A stretch of DNA of 60,541 nucleotides from Salinivirgaceae bacterium (GTDB lineage Bacteria; Bacteroidota; Bacteroidia; Bacteroidales; SZUA-534). The stretch is taken from positions 1-60,541 of the forward strand of contig JAKSOL010000018.1 of assembly GCA_024405635.1 (NCBI GenBank), read 5' to 3'. The translations under genes and the position numbers were made by a program. Shown here in pieces: positions 1-9,054 of this stretch. The notes below the pieces were generated by a model. That model was not told where the DNA came from. It made no database searches and saw only the letters and a list, made by a program, of their open reading frames with translations. Position 1 is the stretch's first letter, and every line of letters begins with the position of its first letter.

Positions 1-293
1 CGGCTTCGGCAAGCTCAGCCACCCAATGTACCCGGTGCCTGAGCCAGTCGAAGGCGCGGTTCGTTTGTTGAATCGTTGATTTGTTAAACCGATAACCTAA
101 AACGTAGAACTTACCACGTATTAATCTCTAATCATTAAACATTCCAAAGGCGGCTTCGGCAAGCTCAGCCACCCAATGTACCCGGTGCCTGAGCCAGTCG
201 AAGGCGCGGTTCGTTTGTTGAATCGTTGATACGTTGAACAGATAACCTAAAACGTAAAACTTACCACGTATTAATCTCTAATCATTAAACATT
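1..293. repeat. Tandem repeat with a 150-bp unit (copies 1-143 and 151-293), each carrying a REP-like imperfect palindrome; may extend left of the window
   Basis: 138/143 identity between copies by hand alignment; arms 2-23 (GGCTTCGGCAAGCTCAGCCACC) and 34-55 (GGTGCCTGAGCCAGTCGAAGGC) are 17/22 complementary. Confidence 0.9.
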
Positions 294-368
294 AAACATT
301 AACTCGAAGACACATCGCATCAACGATTAAACAAATCAACGCATCAACAACTTACAACCGTAGAAAAA

Positions 369-1343
369 TTACCCCCATCGTTCAGCAATATCGTCAAGAA
401 TTTGAAGAATAACTTTAGGGTCCTTTTCGGTAACTAAACGAGCGCGAGTCTCTTTAAAATTGGGCAAACCTTTGAAATAGTTTGAAAGGTGGGTGCGCAT
501 TTCAAACACTCCAACCACATCGCCTTTCCAGTCGAGCGAGTATTGCAAATGACGTTTTATTAGTTCTACACGTTCAACCACGCTAGGTTGTGGCAACAAT
601 TCACCAGTTGCTATGTAGTGTTTGGTTTGACTAAAAATCCAAGGGTTGCCAATAGTTGCACGTCCAATCATCACAGCATCAACACCATAACGATCAAACA
701 TTTGCACAGCTTTTTGAGGGCTATCAATATCGCCGTTACCAATAACAGGAATGTGCATGCGAGGATTGTTCTTCACCTCGCCAATTAACGACCAGTCGGC
801 CTCACCTTTATACATTTGGCTTCGTGTGCGGCCATGAATAGTAATAGCCTCAATGCCTACATCTTGCAGGCGTTCGGCAATATCAACAATAGGTTTATCG
901 GTGTCGTCCCAACCAAGACGGGTTTTAACTGTTACGGGTAAATTCACTGCATCAACCACTCGGCGAGTTATTTCAACCATCAGAGGAATGTTTTGCAACA
1001 AACCAGCGCCAGCGCCTTTGCCTGCAATTTTTTTAACGGGGCAACCAAAATTAATGTCAATCAAGTCGGGTTTTGCCTGCTCAACCATCTGAGCAGCGGC
1101 AACCATCGATTCGGGATCTTTTCCGTAAATTTGAATACCAACAGGGCGTTCACTGTCGGCAATGTCGAGTTTTTTTACTGTTTTTGAAGCTTCGCGAATC
1201 AATCCGTCAGCCGATACAAATTCGGTGTACATCAAGTCGGCACCTTGCTCTTTGCAGATGCGGCGAAACGACGGGTCGCTTACGTCTTCCATTGGAGCAA
1301 ATGCTACTGGTCGGTAACCAAAGTCGATGTTACGTATCTTCAT
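369..1343 (-). CDS. dusB: tRNA-dihydrouridine synthase DusB/NifR3 family
   Basis: APMEDVSD, DINFGCP, TVKTRLGWD, HGRT and GNGDI motifs; likely start MKIRNIDF at 1343. Confidence 0.93.
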   Translation of the reverse strand: MKIRNIDFGYRPVAFAPMEDVSDPSFRRICKEQGADLMYTEFVSADGLIREASKTVKKLDIADSERPVGIQIYGKDPESMVAAAQMVEQAKPDLIDINFGCPVKKIAGKGAGAGLLQNIPLMVEITRRVVDAVNLPVTVKTRLGWDDTDKPIVDIAERLQDVGIEAITIHGRTRSQMYKGEADWSLIGEVKNNPRMHIPVIGNGDIDSPQKAVQMFDRYGVDAVMIGRATIGNPWIFSQTKHYIATGELLPQPSVVERVELIKRHLQYSLDWKGDVVGVFEMRTHLSNYFKGLPNFKETRARLVTEKDPKVILQILDDIAERWG

Positions 1344-1352
1344 ATCAAAAAC

Positions 1353-1381
1353 AAAAAAAGCACTCACATTTGTAAGTGCTT
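1353..1381 (-). terminator. Intrinsic terminator-like hairpin directly after the tRNA 3' end
   Basis: Minus strand AAGCACTTAC-AAAT-GTGAGTGCTT followed by a T run. Confidence 0.7.
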
Positions 1382-1459
1382 TGGTGGACCCAGCTGGGCT
1401 TGAACCAGCGACCCCCTGATTATGAGTCAGGTGCTGCTAACCAACTGAGCTATGAGTCC
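1382..1459 (-). tRNA. tRNA with CAT anticodon, most likely tRNA-Ile2 (lysidine type)
   Basis: GGACTCATAGCTCAGTTGGTTAGCAGCACCTGACTCATAATCAGGGGGTCGCTGGTTCAAGCCCAGCTGGGTCCACCA folds as a cloverleaf with encoded CCA; lacks the fMet C1 mismatch and GGG/CCC anticodon stem; resembles E. coli tRNA-Ile2 in the T arm. Confidence 0.9.
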
Positions 1460-1481
1460 AGTTTCCCGTTTTTTGGGACTG

Positions 1482-1489
1482 CAATATTA
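1482..1489 (-). promoter_or_regulatory. Putative -7 promoter element for the tRNA
   Basis: TAATATTG(C), one mismatch to Bacteroidota TAnnTTTG, about 22 nt upstream of the tRNA. Confidence 0.5.
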
Positions 1490-1965
1490 CAATATGCTTT
1501 TTACTTTATCAATAGTTGAGGTTGAAATAATGCAGAACAACACAAAAACTAATTATTGAGCCGTTCATATTATATAGGTGTATAAAAGTTCATGTTTTCA
1601 ACATAAATCTGTTTACAAACTTGAATGTTTGACGTTCGTCGCGCATAAAAATGACAATAAAAAGCAGAGGTATAGTAAAAAATAATGTAAAAGAGGTACT
1701 GCAATGAGTTGTTGAACAAAGAATGATGTGTATATTGTAATGCATTGTATTACAATCTGATACAGGTGTAATAATGTGGGATAATTGAAGAGAAAAACGG
1801 GAAATAAAGGCAACCGAAAAAATATATTGGCAAAATGTGTTGTTCTTAATTCTTTTTGTAATTTGCCGACCGATTTGCTAAAAGGGTAGAGCGCTTGCAC
1901 TCTGCGAGAAAAGCCGATTGTTAAACTATTAAATAAACTATAACTAAAAACAAATCAAAAAGGCT

Positions 1966-2769
1966 ATGAAAAAACTATTTACGTTATTAGCTATGACGAT
2001 GATGCTAGCTGTAGCATCAGTTAGTGTGAAGGCTCAAGATTCAGTTGCTTCTGCCGACACAAACAAAGTTGAACAAGTTGCTGCAACAAACGACGCTGCA
2101 GCTCCTGCAGCAGCTGAGGATGAAATCCAAGGCAATGCAGCTCACCAAGCAATTAAACAAAAATTCATCGAAGGTGGTGTGGGCTTTATGACCTCCGTTA
2201 TCCTTTGCTTGATTTTAGGTTTGGCTGTTGCAATTGAGAGAATTATCTTCTTGAGTCTTTCGTCAACCAACACCAAAAAACTTTTGGTTAAAGTTGAGGC
2301 TGCTCTTAACGAGGGTGGTGTTGAGGCTGCAAAAGAGGTTTGCCGCAATACTCGCGGTCCTGTTGCTAGCATCTTCTACCAAGGTCTTGATCGTGCCGAC
2401 GAAGGCATTGAGATGGTTGAAAAATCAGTTATCTCTTACGGAGGTGTTCAATCAGGTTTGCTTGAGAAGAACCTTACCTGGATTGCATTGTTTATCGCTC
2501 TAGGCCCAATGTTGGGATTCTTGGGAACTGTAATCGGTATGGTGGCTGCGTTCGATGCTATTAAAGTTGCAGGTGATATTAGCCCCGCATTGGTTGCTGG
2601 TGGTATTTCAGTGTCACTTATCACAACAATGGCAGGTTTGATTGTAGCTATGATTCTTCAAGTGTTCTACAACTACTGCGTATCAAAAATTGATGCTATT
2701 ATCAACGATATGGAAGATGCTTCTATCTCTTTGATTGACATTCTTTACAAATACAATAAAAACAAATAA
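1966..2769 (+). CDS. exbB: MotA/TolQ/ExbB proton channel family protein
   Basis: Signal peptide, TM segments, PMLGFLGTVIGM and GGISVSLITT motifs. Confidence 0.9.
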   Translation: MKKLFTLLAMTMMLAVASVSVKAQDSVASADTNKVEQVAATNDAAAPAAAEDEIQGNAAHQAIKQKFIEGGVGFMTSVILCLILGLAVAIERIIFLSLSSTNTKKLLVKVEAALNEGGVEAAKEVCRNTRGPVASIFYQGLDRADEGIEMVEKSVISYGGVQSGLLEKNLTWIALFIALGPMLGFLGTVIGMVAAFDAIKVAGDISPALVAGGISVSLITTMAGLIVAMILQVFYNYCVSKIDAIINDMEDASISLIDILYKYNKNK

Positions 2770-2771
2770 TC

Positions 2772-3179
2772 ATGACCAAAATAGCTAACTATGTACTTTA
2801 TGTTTTACTAGTAGTATGCGTATTGGTCGCAGTACTATTTGGTATGGGTAAAGTAACAGAAGATGCACTTTTGTACTTGGCATATGCTCTATTGGGCATT
2901 GCTGCTGCAACTGTTGCTGTTCTTATGATAGCTGGCATGTTCAAGTCAAAGCAATCGATTATTCGCTCTGGTATTCTTGTATTGATAATTGGAGCAATTC
3001 TAGGTATTGCTTACTCATTCTCGTCAGGTGTAATGCCAAATTTCTTTGGTGCTGAGAACTATGAGTTGACTGCTAGCTCGCTTAAGTTTATAGACACAAT
3101 GTTGTACACTTTGTATATTGCATTCGTTGGTGCAGTATTGAGCATAGTATTCATTGAAGTTAAATCATCAGTTGAATAA
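2772..3179 (+). CDS. Hypothetical 4-TM membrane protein of the exbB-exbD cluster
   Basis: Four hydrophobic segments; starts 2 nt after the exbB stop. Confidence 0.8.
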   Translation: MTKIANYVLYVLLVVCVLVAVLFGMGKVTEDALLYLAYALLGIAAATVAVLMIAGMFKSKQSIIRSGILVLIIGAILGIAYSFSSGVMPNFFGAENYELTASSLKFIDTMLYTLYIAFVGAVLSIVFIEVKSSVE

Positions 3180-3207
3180 TTTTCGCTACTACTAAAACGG
3201 AATTAAT

Positions 3208-3783
3208 ATGGCAAAGAAAACACCAGCGGTACCTTCATCATCATTGGCTGATATTGCTTTCATGTTGTTGATTTTCTTCTTGGTAACAACAACAATGGAT
3301 ACCGATGCGGGTCTTTCGCGTATGTTGCCGCCTCCAGTTCCAAAAGAACAACAAAGCGACGACATGAAGATTAAAGAAAGAAACGTATATGTTGTCCTTA
3401 TCAATAAATATGACCAATTGCTGGTTGAGGGTGAGCCTATGAATATCAAGGACTTAAAAGAGAAGACTAAAGAATTCATTGCAAACCCAGCAGATGACCC
3501 AGAGTTGCCAGAAAAAGAAGATAAAGAAATTCCATTCTTTGGCGTTTATCCTGTGTCAAAACAGGTTATATCGTTGCAAAACGACCGTGGTACATCTTAT
3601 GGCTTGTATATTCAAGTTCAAGACGAGTTGGCGGCAGCTTACAATGAATTGAGAAATGAGCTAGCTCTTAAAAAGTTTAGTAAACCTTACGATGATTTGG
3701 ACAAAGAAAGACAAGATGCGATTAGAAAAATCTATCCGCAAAGTATTTCTGAGGCTGAACCTAAAAACTATGGAGACAGATAA
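3208..3783 (+). CDS. exbD: Biopolymer transporter ExbD
   Basis: SSLADIAFMLLIFFLVTTT TM motif with conserved Asp. Confidence 0.9.
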   Translation: MAKKTPAVPSSSLADIAFMLLIFFLVTTTMDTDAGLSRMLPPPVPKEQQSDDMKIKERNVYVVLINKYDQLLVEGEPMNIKDLKEKTKEFIANPADDPELPEKEDKEIPFFGVYPVSKQVISLQNDRGTSYGLYIQVQDELAAAYNELRNELALKKFSKPYDDLDKERQDAIRKIYPQSISEAEPKNYGDR

Positions 3784-4253
3784 TGGGAAAGTTTAGAGAA
3801 AAAGGCGGAAAAGAAACTCCAGAGATTTCTACCGCATCGTTGCCAGATATCGTTTTCATGTTGTTGTTCTTCTTTATGGTTTCAACAACTATGAAAGAGG
3901 TTGACTTGAAAGTACAGATTAACACTCCTTTAGCTTCTGAGATTAAGAAGTTGGAGAAGAAATCATTGGTAAGCTACATTTATATTGGTAAACCAAAACA
4001 AAAGTTTGTTAAAGCTTACGGTTCTGAGCCTCGTATTCAGTTGAATGATACTTTTGCCGAAGTTAAGGATATTCCTGACTACATTGAGGCTGAGCGTCAA
4101 CAACGCGACGAAAAAGAGGTTCCTTTGATGACAACTTCTCTAAAGGTTGATGAGAAAACTAAAATGGGTATTGTTACCGACGTTAAACAAGAGTTGCGTA
4201 AAGTAAGTGCCCTTAAGATTAACTACTCAACCAAAAAGGCTGTAAGACAATAA
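3783..4253 (+). CDS. exbD: Biopolymer transporter ExbD (second paralog)
   Basis: SLPDIVFMLLFFFMVSTT motif; TAATG stop/start overlap. Confidence 0.9.
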   Translation: MGKFREKGGKETPEISTASLPDIVFMLLFFFMVSTTMKEVDLKVQINTPLASEIKKLEKKSLVSYIYIGKPKQKFVKAYGSEPRIQLNDTFAEVKDIPDYIEAERQQRDEKEVPLMTTSLKVDEKTKMGIVTDVKQELRKVSALKINYSTKKAVRQ

Positions 4254-4272
4254 TTTTTATTGTTACGATATC

Positions 4273-4305
4273 AAAAGGCTGTTGTTTATTCAACAGCCTT
4301 TTTTT
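4273..4305 (+). terminator. Intrinsic terminator after the exbBD cluster
   Basis: AAAAGGCTGTTG-TTTATT-CAACAGCCTTTTTTT. Confidence 0.85.
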
Positions 4306-4411
4306 GTTTGTATGCTATTGTTACTCACAAATGCTTTAACGTTAGTAAAACAAACCAACTTTAAGTCGAAAATTGATGTACACTTGCATAGTCTTTTTAC
4401 AATAAATGTGT

Positions 4412-4858
4412 ATGAAAGTATTGCGTAAATTATTCATGTTAGCAATAGCAATGTTAATGTTGCAAAGTTGCGGTGAGTTTAAGGATCTTGAACTTGTAAC
4501 TATCAATTCGGTTAATGTCAATAAAGTGAAACTCTCGGAAGTTGTTGCTACTGTTGAATTGACAATTCATAATCCCAATTCGCATAAAGTGGTTGTTTAC
4601 AATGCTGATCTTGATTTATTGGTTGACAACAAGAAGATTGGCACAGTGAAGGTGTCGGAAAAAATTATTATGCCTGCAAAAAAGGATGCTAAGTGTAAAG
4701 GTCAAGTTACAATCTTAAATCGCGAAACTTTTAAAGTTGGGTCTTCTTTAGTTCAGTCGTTAGATTTTAATAAGTTGAAATTCAAAATAAAAGGAGATGT
4801 TCAGGGAAAGTATTTAATTAGAAAAACTTTACCTGTTGAGTTAGAACTTAAACGTTAG
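4412..4858 (+). CDS. LEA type 2 / WHy domain lipoprotein
   Basis: LQSC lipobox and IHNPN motif; alternative start 4406. Confidence 0.75.
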   Translation: MKVLRKLFMLAIAMLMLQSCGEFKDLELVTINSVNVNKVKLSEVVATVELTIHNPNSHKVVVYNADLDLLVDNKKIGTVKVSEKIIMPAKKDAKCKGQVTILNRETFKVGSSLVQSLDFNKLKFKIKGDVQGKYLIRKTLPVELELKR

Positions 4859-4863
4859 TATGC

Positions 4864-5727
4864 ATGAAAAGCAAAGTTCAAATGTCCGAAAGACGTAACC
4901 ATATACTAGTGCCAATCAACTTTTCGCAATGTTCTGAAAATGCGTTGAAACATGCTATTGTGTATGCTAATGCCTTGAATTGCGACGTGAAGATGATTTA
5001 TGTAAAGCGCAATAATGCCGATTATGATTATTCAGTTAGTCGTGAGGATTTTGATGAAGTAGTAAAGTCAAGGGTTATTGAAGATTTTAAGCAACTAATT
5101 TCAACTTATCAGTCGCGGTTAAATGGGAGTTTTGAATATTGTTTTCGCGAAGGAAGTGTTTATGCTGAAGTTTGTAACCAGGCGCTATACGGTGATGCTG
5201 AAATGATTGTTGTAGGAACAAATGGAGTTGATGGTTTTAAGGAGAAGTGGTTTGGAAGTAATGCTTTCAGAATTGTTAGTTATGCCGATTGCCCAACAAT
5301 ATCAATCAATCAAAGTTTTGGTTTAAAGGAGGTTAAAAGAATATTATTGCCTATTGACTTATCTGCAAAATCGAGAAATAAGGTGTCGATGGTGGTAAAC
5401 TTGGCTAAGAAATTTAATGCGCAGGTTGTGGTGGCGGCAATGTGTACTAGTAAACGCGAATCGGCGTTACGTCAACTGGACAAGAGTTTGAAAGAGGTTT
5501 CAAGTTTTTTAGACCGTCATAACGTTGATTATTTACATGAGCGTATTCATACTACAAAAAGAAAAATGGCTCAAACTATTGAGCAGTTTGCAGAAACTCA
5601 TGATATTGATTTAATGGCTGTAGTGGTTGATAAGACTACAAGCAGTTGGCAAGAGTTATTTGGGAATGCAGTTCCTCAAATGTTGGTTAATCATTCAAAA
5701 ATACCGGTTATTTCGGTTAAGATTTAA
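4864..5727 (+). CDS. Tandem-domain universal stress protein
   Basis: ILVPINFS...ALKHA, IVVGTNG...FGSNA, and a second ILLPID domain. Confidence 0.85.
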   Translation: MKSKVQMSERRNHILVPINFSQCSENALKHAIVYANALNCDVKMIYVKRNNADYDYSVSREDFDEVVKSRVIEDFKQLISTYQSRLNGSFEYCFREGSVYAEVCNQALYGDAEMIVVGTNGVDGFKEKWFGSNAFRIVSYADCPTISINQSFGLKEVKRILLPIDLSAKSRNKVSMVVNLAKKFNAQVVVAAMCTSKRESALRQLDKSLKEVSSFLDRHNVDYLHERIHTTKRKMAQTIEQFAETHDIDLMAVVVDKTTSSWQELFGNAVPQMLVNHSKIPVISVKI

Positions 5728-5774
5728 TAAGTAAGAACTACTTAATACAGTGCATTAGTAGTACTTACTTATTA
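5725..5774. terminator. Long AT-rich hairpin between convergent genes, probable bidirectional terminator
   Basis: TAATAAGTAAG...CTTACTTATTA outer arms with further inner pairing. Confidence 0.55.
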
Positions 5775-5784
5775 TAAAAATTCA

Positions 5785-8700
5785 TTAAACGTTAACAATC
5801 GTTTGTTTAAGTGGATACCATACAAATCCGCTAACTTTTTTACCATTGCTTAGTTGCTGCAAGGCATCCATATATCTCTTTACTTGATTTTTGTGATTCT
5901 CGGTTTGTGTATGGGTAAACTTGTAGTCAATTACAATTAGTTGGTCGTTAGTTTCAACAACACGATCAAGTCTAATAACTTCGTTATTATGCAAAATAGG
6001 TTGCTCAGTCATTATTTTGTGGTCGGCAAACCATATTGGGGGAGCTGTTGTTATTTGTTTATTTATGATATCAATTAGTTTGTCGCGTTGGCTTGGTTGT
6101 ACTAATCCTTCGTCTATTACAACATCAACTGCATATTCAACATCCGATGGGAGTATTATGTTTTCGTAAATTGAATGGAGTAGCGTACCAAAGTTAATGT
6201 CTTGATTTTTGTCAAGGTTCTTGAAATACTCTTGGTTGCTAGTGTATATGTTTATGTTTGCAGTTATTTTTGAATTGTTGCTTGCAAGTGGTAGGTATTC
6301 AATATCGTTATTGGAGATGCTTGCTTGCGTTAACGAACCTAATGCAAATGTTGTTTCATCTTTTTTTGAAAGGCACAATTCTTCGTCACCAGTGGTTGGA
6401 GTTGTGTTAGTTGCTATTGAGTGAATCAGGAACGATATTAGCGAGTTGCCATGTCCGTTTTGTGGTTTTTTGTAGTTGCAGCAAATATAAAGACCATTAA
6501 CGGCGCGAGTCATAGCAACGTATAATAAGTTCAAATCGTCAATGCACGCCATTAAAAGTTCGTTTTTGTATAATTCAGCGTATTGCGTTTTTTCAAGGTC
6601 TTTGCTCAGTGTTATTGGAATGAGGCTGTTTGGAAAGTTGAAAGGAGCATTGTTAAAAGGTTCTTTTTGTGGGTTAACCCAAACAAGTTCAGATGCATTG
6701 CTTTTCTTTTCCCAATAAGTGAATGGCAGTAACACTATTTTGTATTCCAAACCTTTCGATTTGTGAATTGTAACAATGTTAATGGCGTTTTGCGCGTCAC
6801 TCAACCGAATAGTTTTTTGTGAGCCTTTTTCGTCCCACCAATCAATAAATGACTGAAGATTGGCTACATTTTTTGAGTAAAAGTTAAACACTTCGTCCTC
6901 AAAAGCTGTTATAAATGGGAAGTCGCTTCCTAGTTCGCTACGTTGGCCAATTAGTATTTCAATAAGTTCGGAGGTGATTTGGCTAATGCTTTTGAAAGTG
7001 TAGTTTTCGGTTAGTTCGCGTAGGCCATTAGGCAAGTTGTTGAAAAACGAGTCGCCCTCAATTTGTTGCAAGCTAATGTTTGGTATATAGTTTGGATTGT
7101 CGCTGTTTTTCAGTTTGTTGTATAGTAAATAAACCTGTGCGCGGGCCACACTTTGTTCTTCTTCTTTTAGTGAACTCGACAGAATGAATTTCATTGTGGC
7201 AATAATGAGCTGCAGTGCAGTGTTGCTGCCCAAGACAACCGAATCGCTTGATGTAAATTGGTAGCGTTCTTTGTGGTCGGGATGGTCAAGTTGTGCCTTA
7301 CACAATGCTTTAATAATTGGCGTAGCATCGCTTTTTCGTCTAATTAAAATAGCAATGTCTTTGGGTTGGTAGCCTTGTTGCGCAATTGTGTCAATTGTTT
7401 CAACCACATATTGTGCTATGTCGTCTGTAGAGTCGGTTTTATTGTCATCGGTGTCGAACAATTTAACTTCAACATAGCCGTTGTCTATTGAGGTTTTGTT
7501 TTTGGGCACTCGTTGATGAGCATCGGTGCCGTATATACTGGCAATTGAGTTTAGTGTTGGAGTTCCTTTTCCGTCCATAAATGATTCAACAAATGGAATG
7601 CAAGCGTTGAAAAACCAGTTGTTGAAACATATAATATTTCGGTCGCTACGCCAGTTGGTGTTGCTAAAATTGGGGTTCTCTTCCCAAATGCCAGGAAAGT
7701 CGTGTTTCTGAATGGTGTTGGCTAACAGGTTCCAATCGCCGTTGCGCCATCGATAAATAGCTTGTTTAACGTCGCCAACAATTATTGATTTATTGCCATT
7801 TCCTAAAGCGTTTGCAACCAAAGGTTTAAAATTCTGCCAGTTTATGTTTGATGTGTCTTGAAATTCGTCAATCATAAAATGGTTTATTGTGGTTCCAATT
7901 TTCTCGTAAATGAACGGGGCGTCATCTTCGCCAACCATTTTTTTCAGAAACGGCATTGAGAAATTTAGAGGGAATACGTTTTGCTCGTTACAATAGTTGC
8001 GCACGTATTGGTAAATGCTTACTAGCAATGCATAGCTACTTATGTTTTTCAAAATGATTTTGGCGGTGTAGTAGTCGGAACTCGTTTCGCCCAAAATCAA
8101 ATTGTAAATTTCAGTTGTACAAGTTGTAATTCCGTCATTAATACAAGCAAGTTTGCCAACTGCATCAGTATCTCTTTTTGAAACCCATTTGCTATAATCG
8201 TTGCTTGTTACAGCATCTTTTATTCTACTTCCTAATTCATATTTTTTCGATTCGTTTTTGCCAAGTTTCACCAATGATGAAATGGCGCTACTTTCGTTGT
8301 ATGCGAAATCGTTAGGCGAATAACCATGTTTTGCAACTATGGCTGCAATTTGTTCCGATAATTCGGTAATGCGACTTTCAGTTTTAGAAATTAGTTTTTT
8401 TAGAGTTTCGGCATATTTGTCAAATGCCTTAAAATCTGACAGTTGCTCAATTTCATCATTGTCCATCGACAAAAAATAGTCGTTGATGCTTTTGTTAGCA
8501 AAACTTTCAAGGTCGCCTTGAATGTCCCATTGTTTTCCGTCTTCGGTACGGCTGTCAATAAACTTTTTAATCCACTTGTAAGTTTCCTTGTTGTTGGGAT
8601 TAGTTTGGTAGTCGTTTATCAGTTGCGCAACTGCATTTGACAAAATGTACTTAAAATCGAGTTCAACATTGTATCCAGAGGCAAGGTTCATTTCGTAAGT

Positions 8701-9054
8701 AAATGCCTTTATTATTGACTGAAAAAATGTGTCGATGGTGTTTATCTTCAACATTCCGTAGTTGTTCAGAATGCTGTCTAATAATAAAGTTGCGCGTTTT
8801 TGAATGTCTTCGTCAGGAAAATCTTTTTGCAGAATTTCAACGTATCCGTCGTACTTCGGTTCTTTAGTACTCAACCCATAAAGAGCGGCCAAAATGCGGT
8901 CGCGCATTTCGTTGGTGGCCTTGTTTGTAAATGTTACGGCAAGTATGTTGTAAAATTTAACACCAGTGCGAAATAGAAGTCGCAGGTATTCAAGCGTGAG
9001 AGTATATGTTTTGCCAGAACCGGCAGAAGCTTTATAAATAGATAGGGTTTTCAT
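5785..9054 (-). CDS. UvrD/AddA-type SF1 helicase with C-terminal PD-(D/E)XK nuclease
   Basis: ASAGSGKT, DEFQDT, VGDVKQAIYRWR, TIHKSKGLEY, LYVAMTRA and C-terminal RLDR...IDYKF. Confidence 0.9.
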   Translation of the reverse strand: MKTLSIYKASAGSGKTYTLTLEYLRLLFRTGVKFYNILAVTFTNKATNEMRDRILAALYGLSTKEPKYDGYVEILQKDFPDEDIQKRATLLLDSILNNYGMLKINTIDTFFQSIIKAFTYEMNLASGYNVELDFKYILSNAVAQLINDYQTNPNNKETYKWIKKFIDSRTEDGKQWDIQGDLESFANKSINDYFLSMDNDEIEQLSDFKAFDKYAETLKKLISKTESRITELSEQIAAIVAKHGYSPNDFAYNESSAISSLVKLGKNESKKYELGSRIKDAVTSNDYSKWVSKRDTDAVGKLACINDGITTCTTEIYNLILGETSSDYYTAKIILKNISSYALLVSIYQYVRNYCNEQNVFPLNFSMPFLKKMVGEDDAPFIYEKIGTTINHFMIDEFQDTSNINWQNFKPLVANALGNGNKSIIVGDVKQAIYRWRNGDWNLLANTIQKHDFPGIWEENPNFSNTNWRSDRNIICFNNWFFNACIPFVESFMDGKGTPTLNSIASIYGTDAHQRVPKNKTSIDNGYVEVKLFDTDDNKTDSTDDIAQYVVETIDTIAQQGYQPKDIAILIRRKSDATPIIKALCKAQLDHPDHKERYQFTSSDSVVLGSNTALQLIIATMKFILSSSLKEEEQSVARAQVYLLYNKLKNSDNPNYIPNISLQQIEGDSFFNNLPNGLRELTENYTFKSISQITSELIEILIGQRSELGSDFPFITAFEDEVFNFYSKNVANLQSFIDWWDEKGSQKTIRLSDAQNAINIVTIHKSKGLEYKIVLLPFTYWEKKSNASELVWVNPQKEPFNNAPFNFPNSLIPITLSKDLEKTQYAELYKNELLMACIDDLNLLYVAMTRAVNGLYICCNYKKPQNGHGNSLISFLIHSIATNTTPTTGDEELCLSKKDETTFALGSLTQASISNNDIEYLPLASNNSKITANINIYTSNQEYFKNLDKNQDINFGTLLHSIYENIILPSDVEYAVDVVIDEGLVQPSQRDKLIDIINKQITTAPPIWFADHKIMTEQPILHNNEVIRLDRVVETNDQLIVIDYKFTHTQTENHKNQVKRYMDALQQLSNGKKVSGFVWYPLKQTIVNV

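Noticed and set aside
1-293. CRISPR array
   Set aside because: The inter-hairpin sequences are nearly identical rather than unique spacers, the unit is 150 bp, and there are no cas genes in the window
1613-1900. 95-aa minus-strand ORF in the tRNA-exbB spacer
   Set aside because: Low-complexity F/L/Y-rich translation of AT-rich promoter DNA, with no motif
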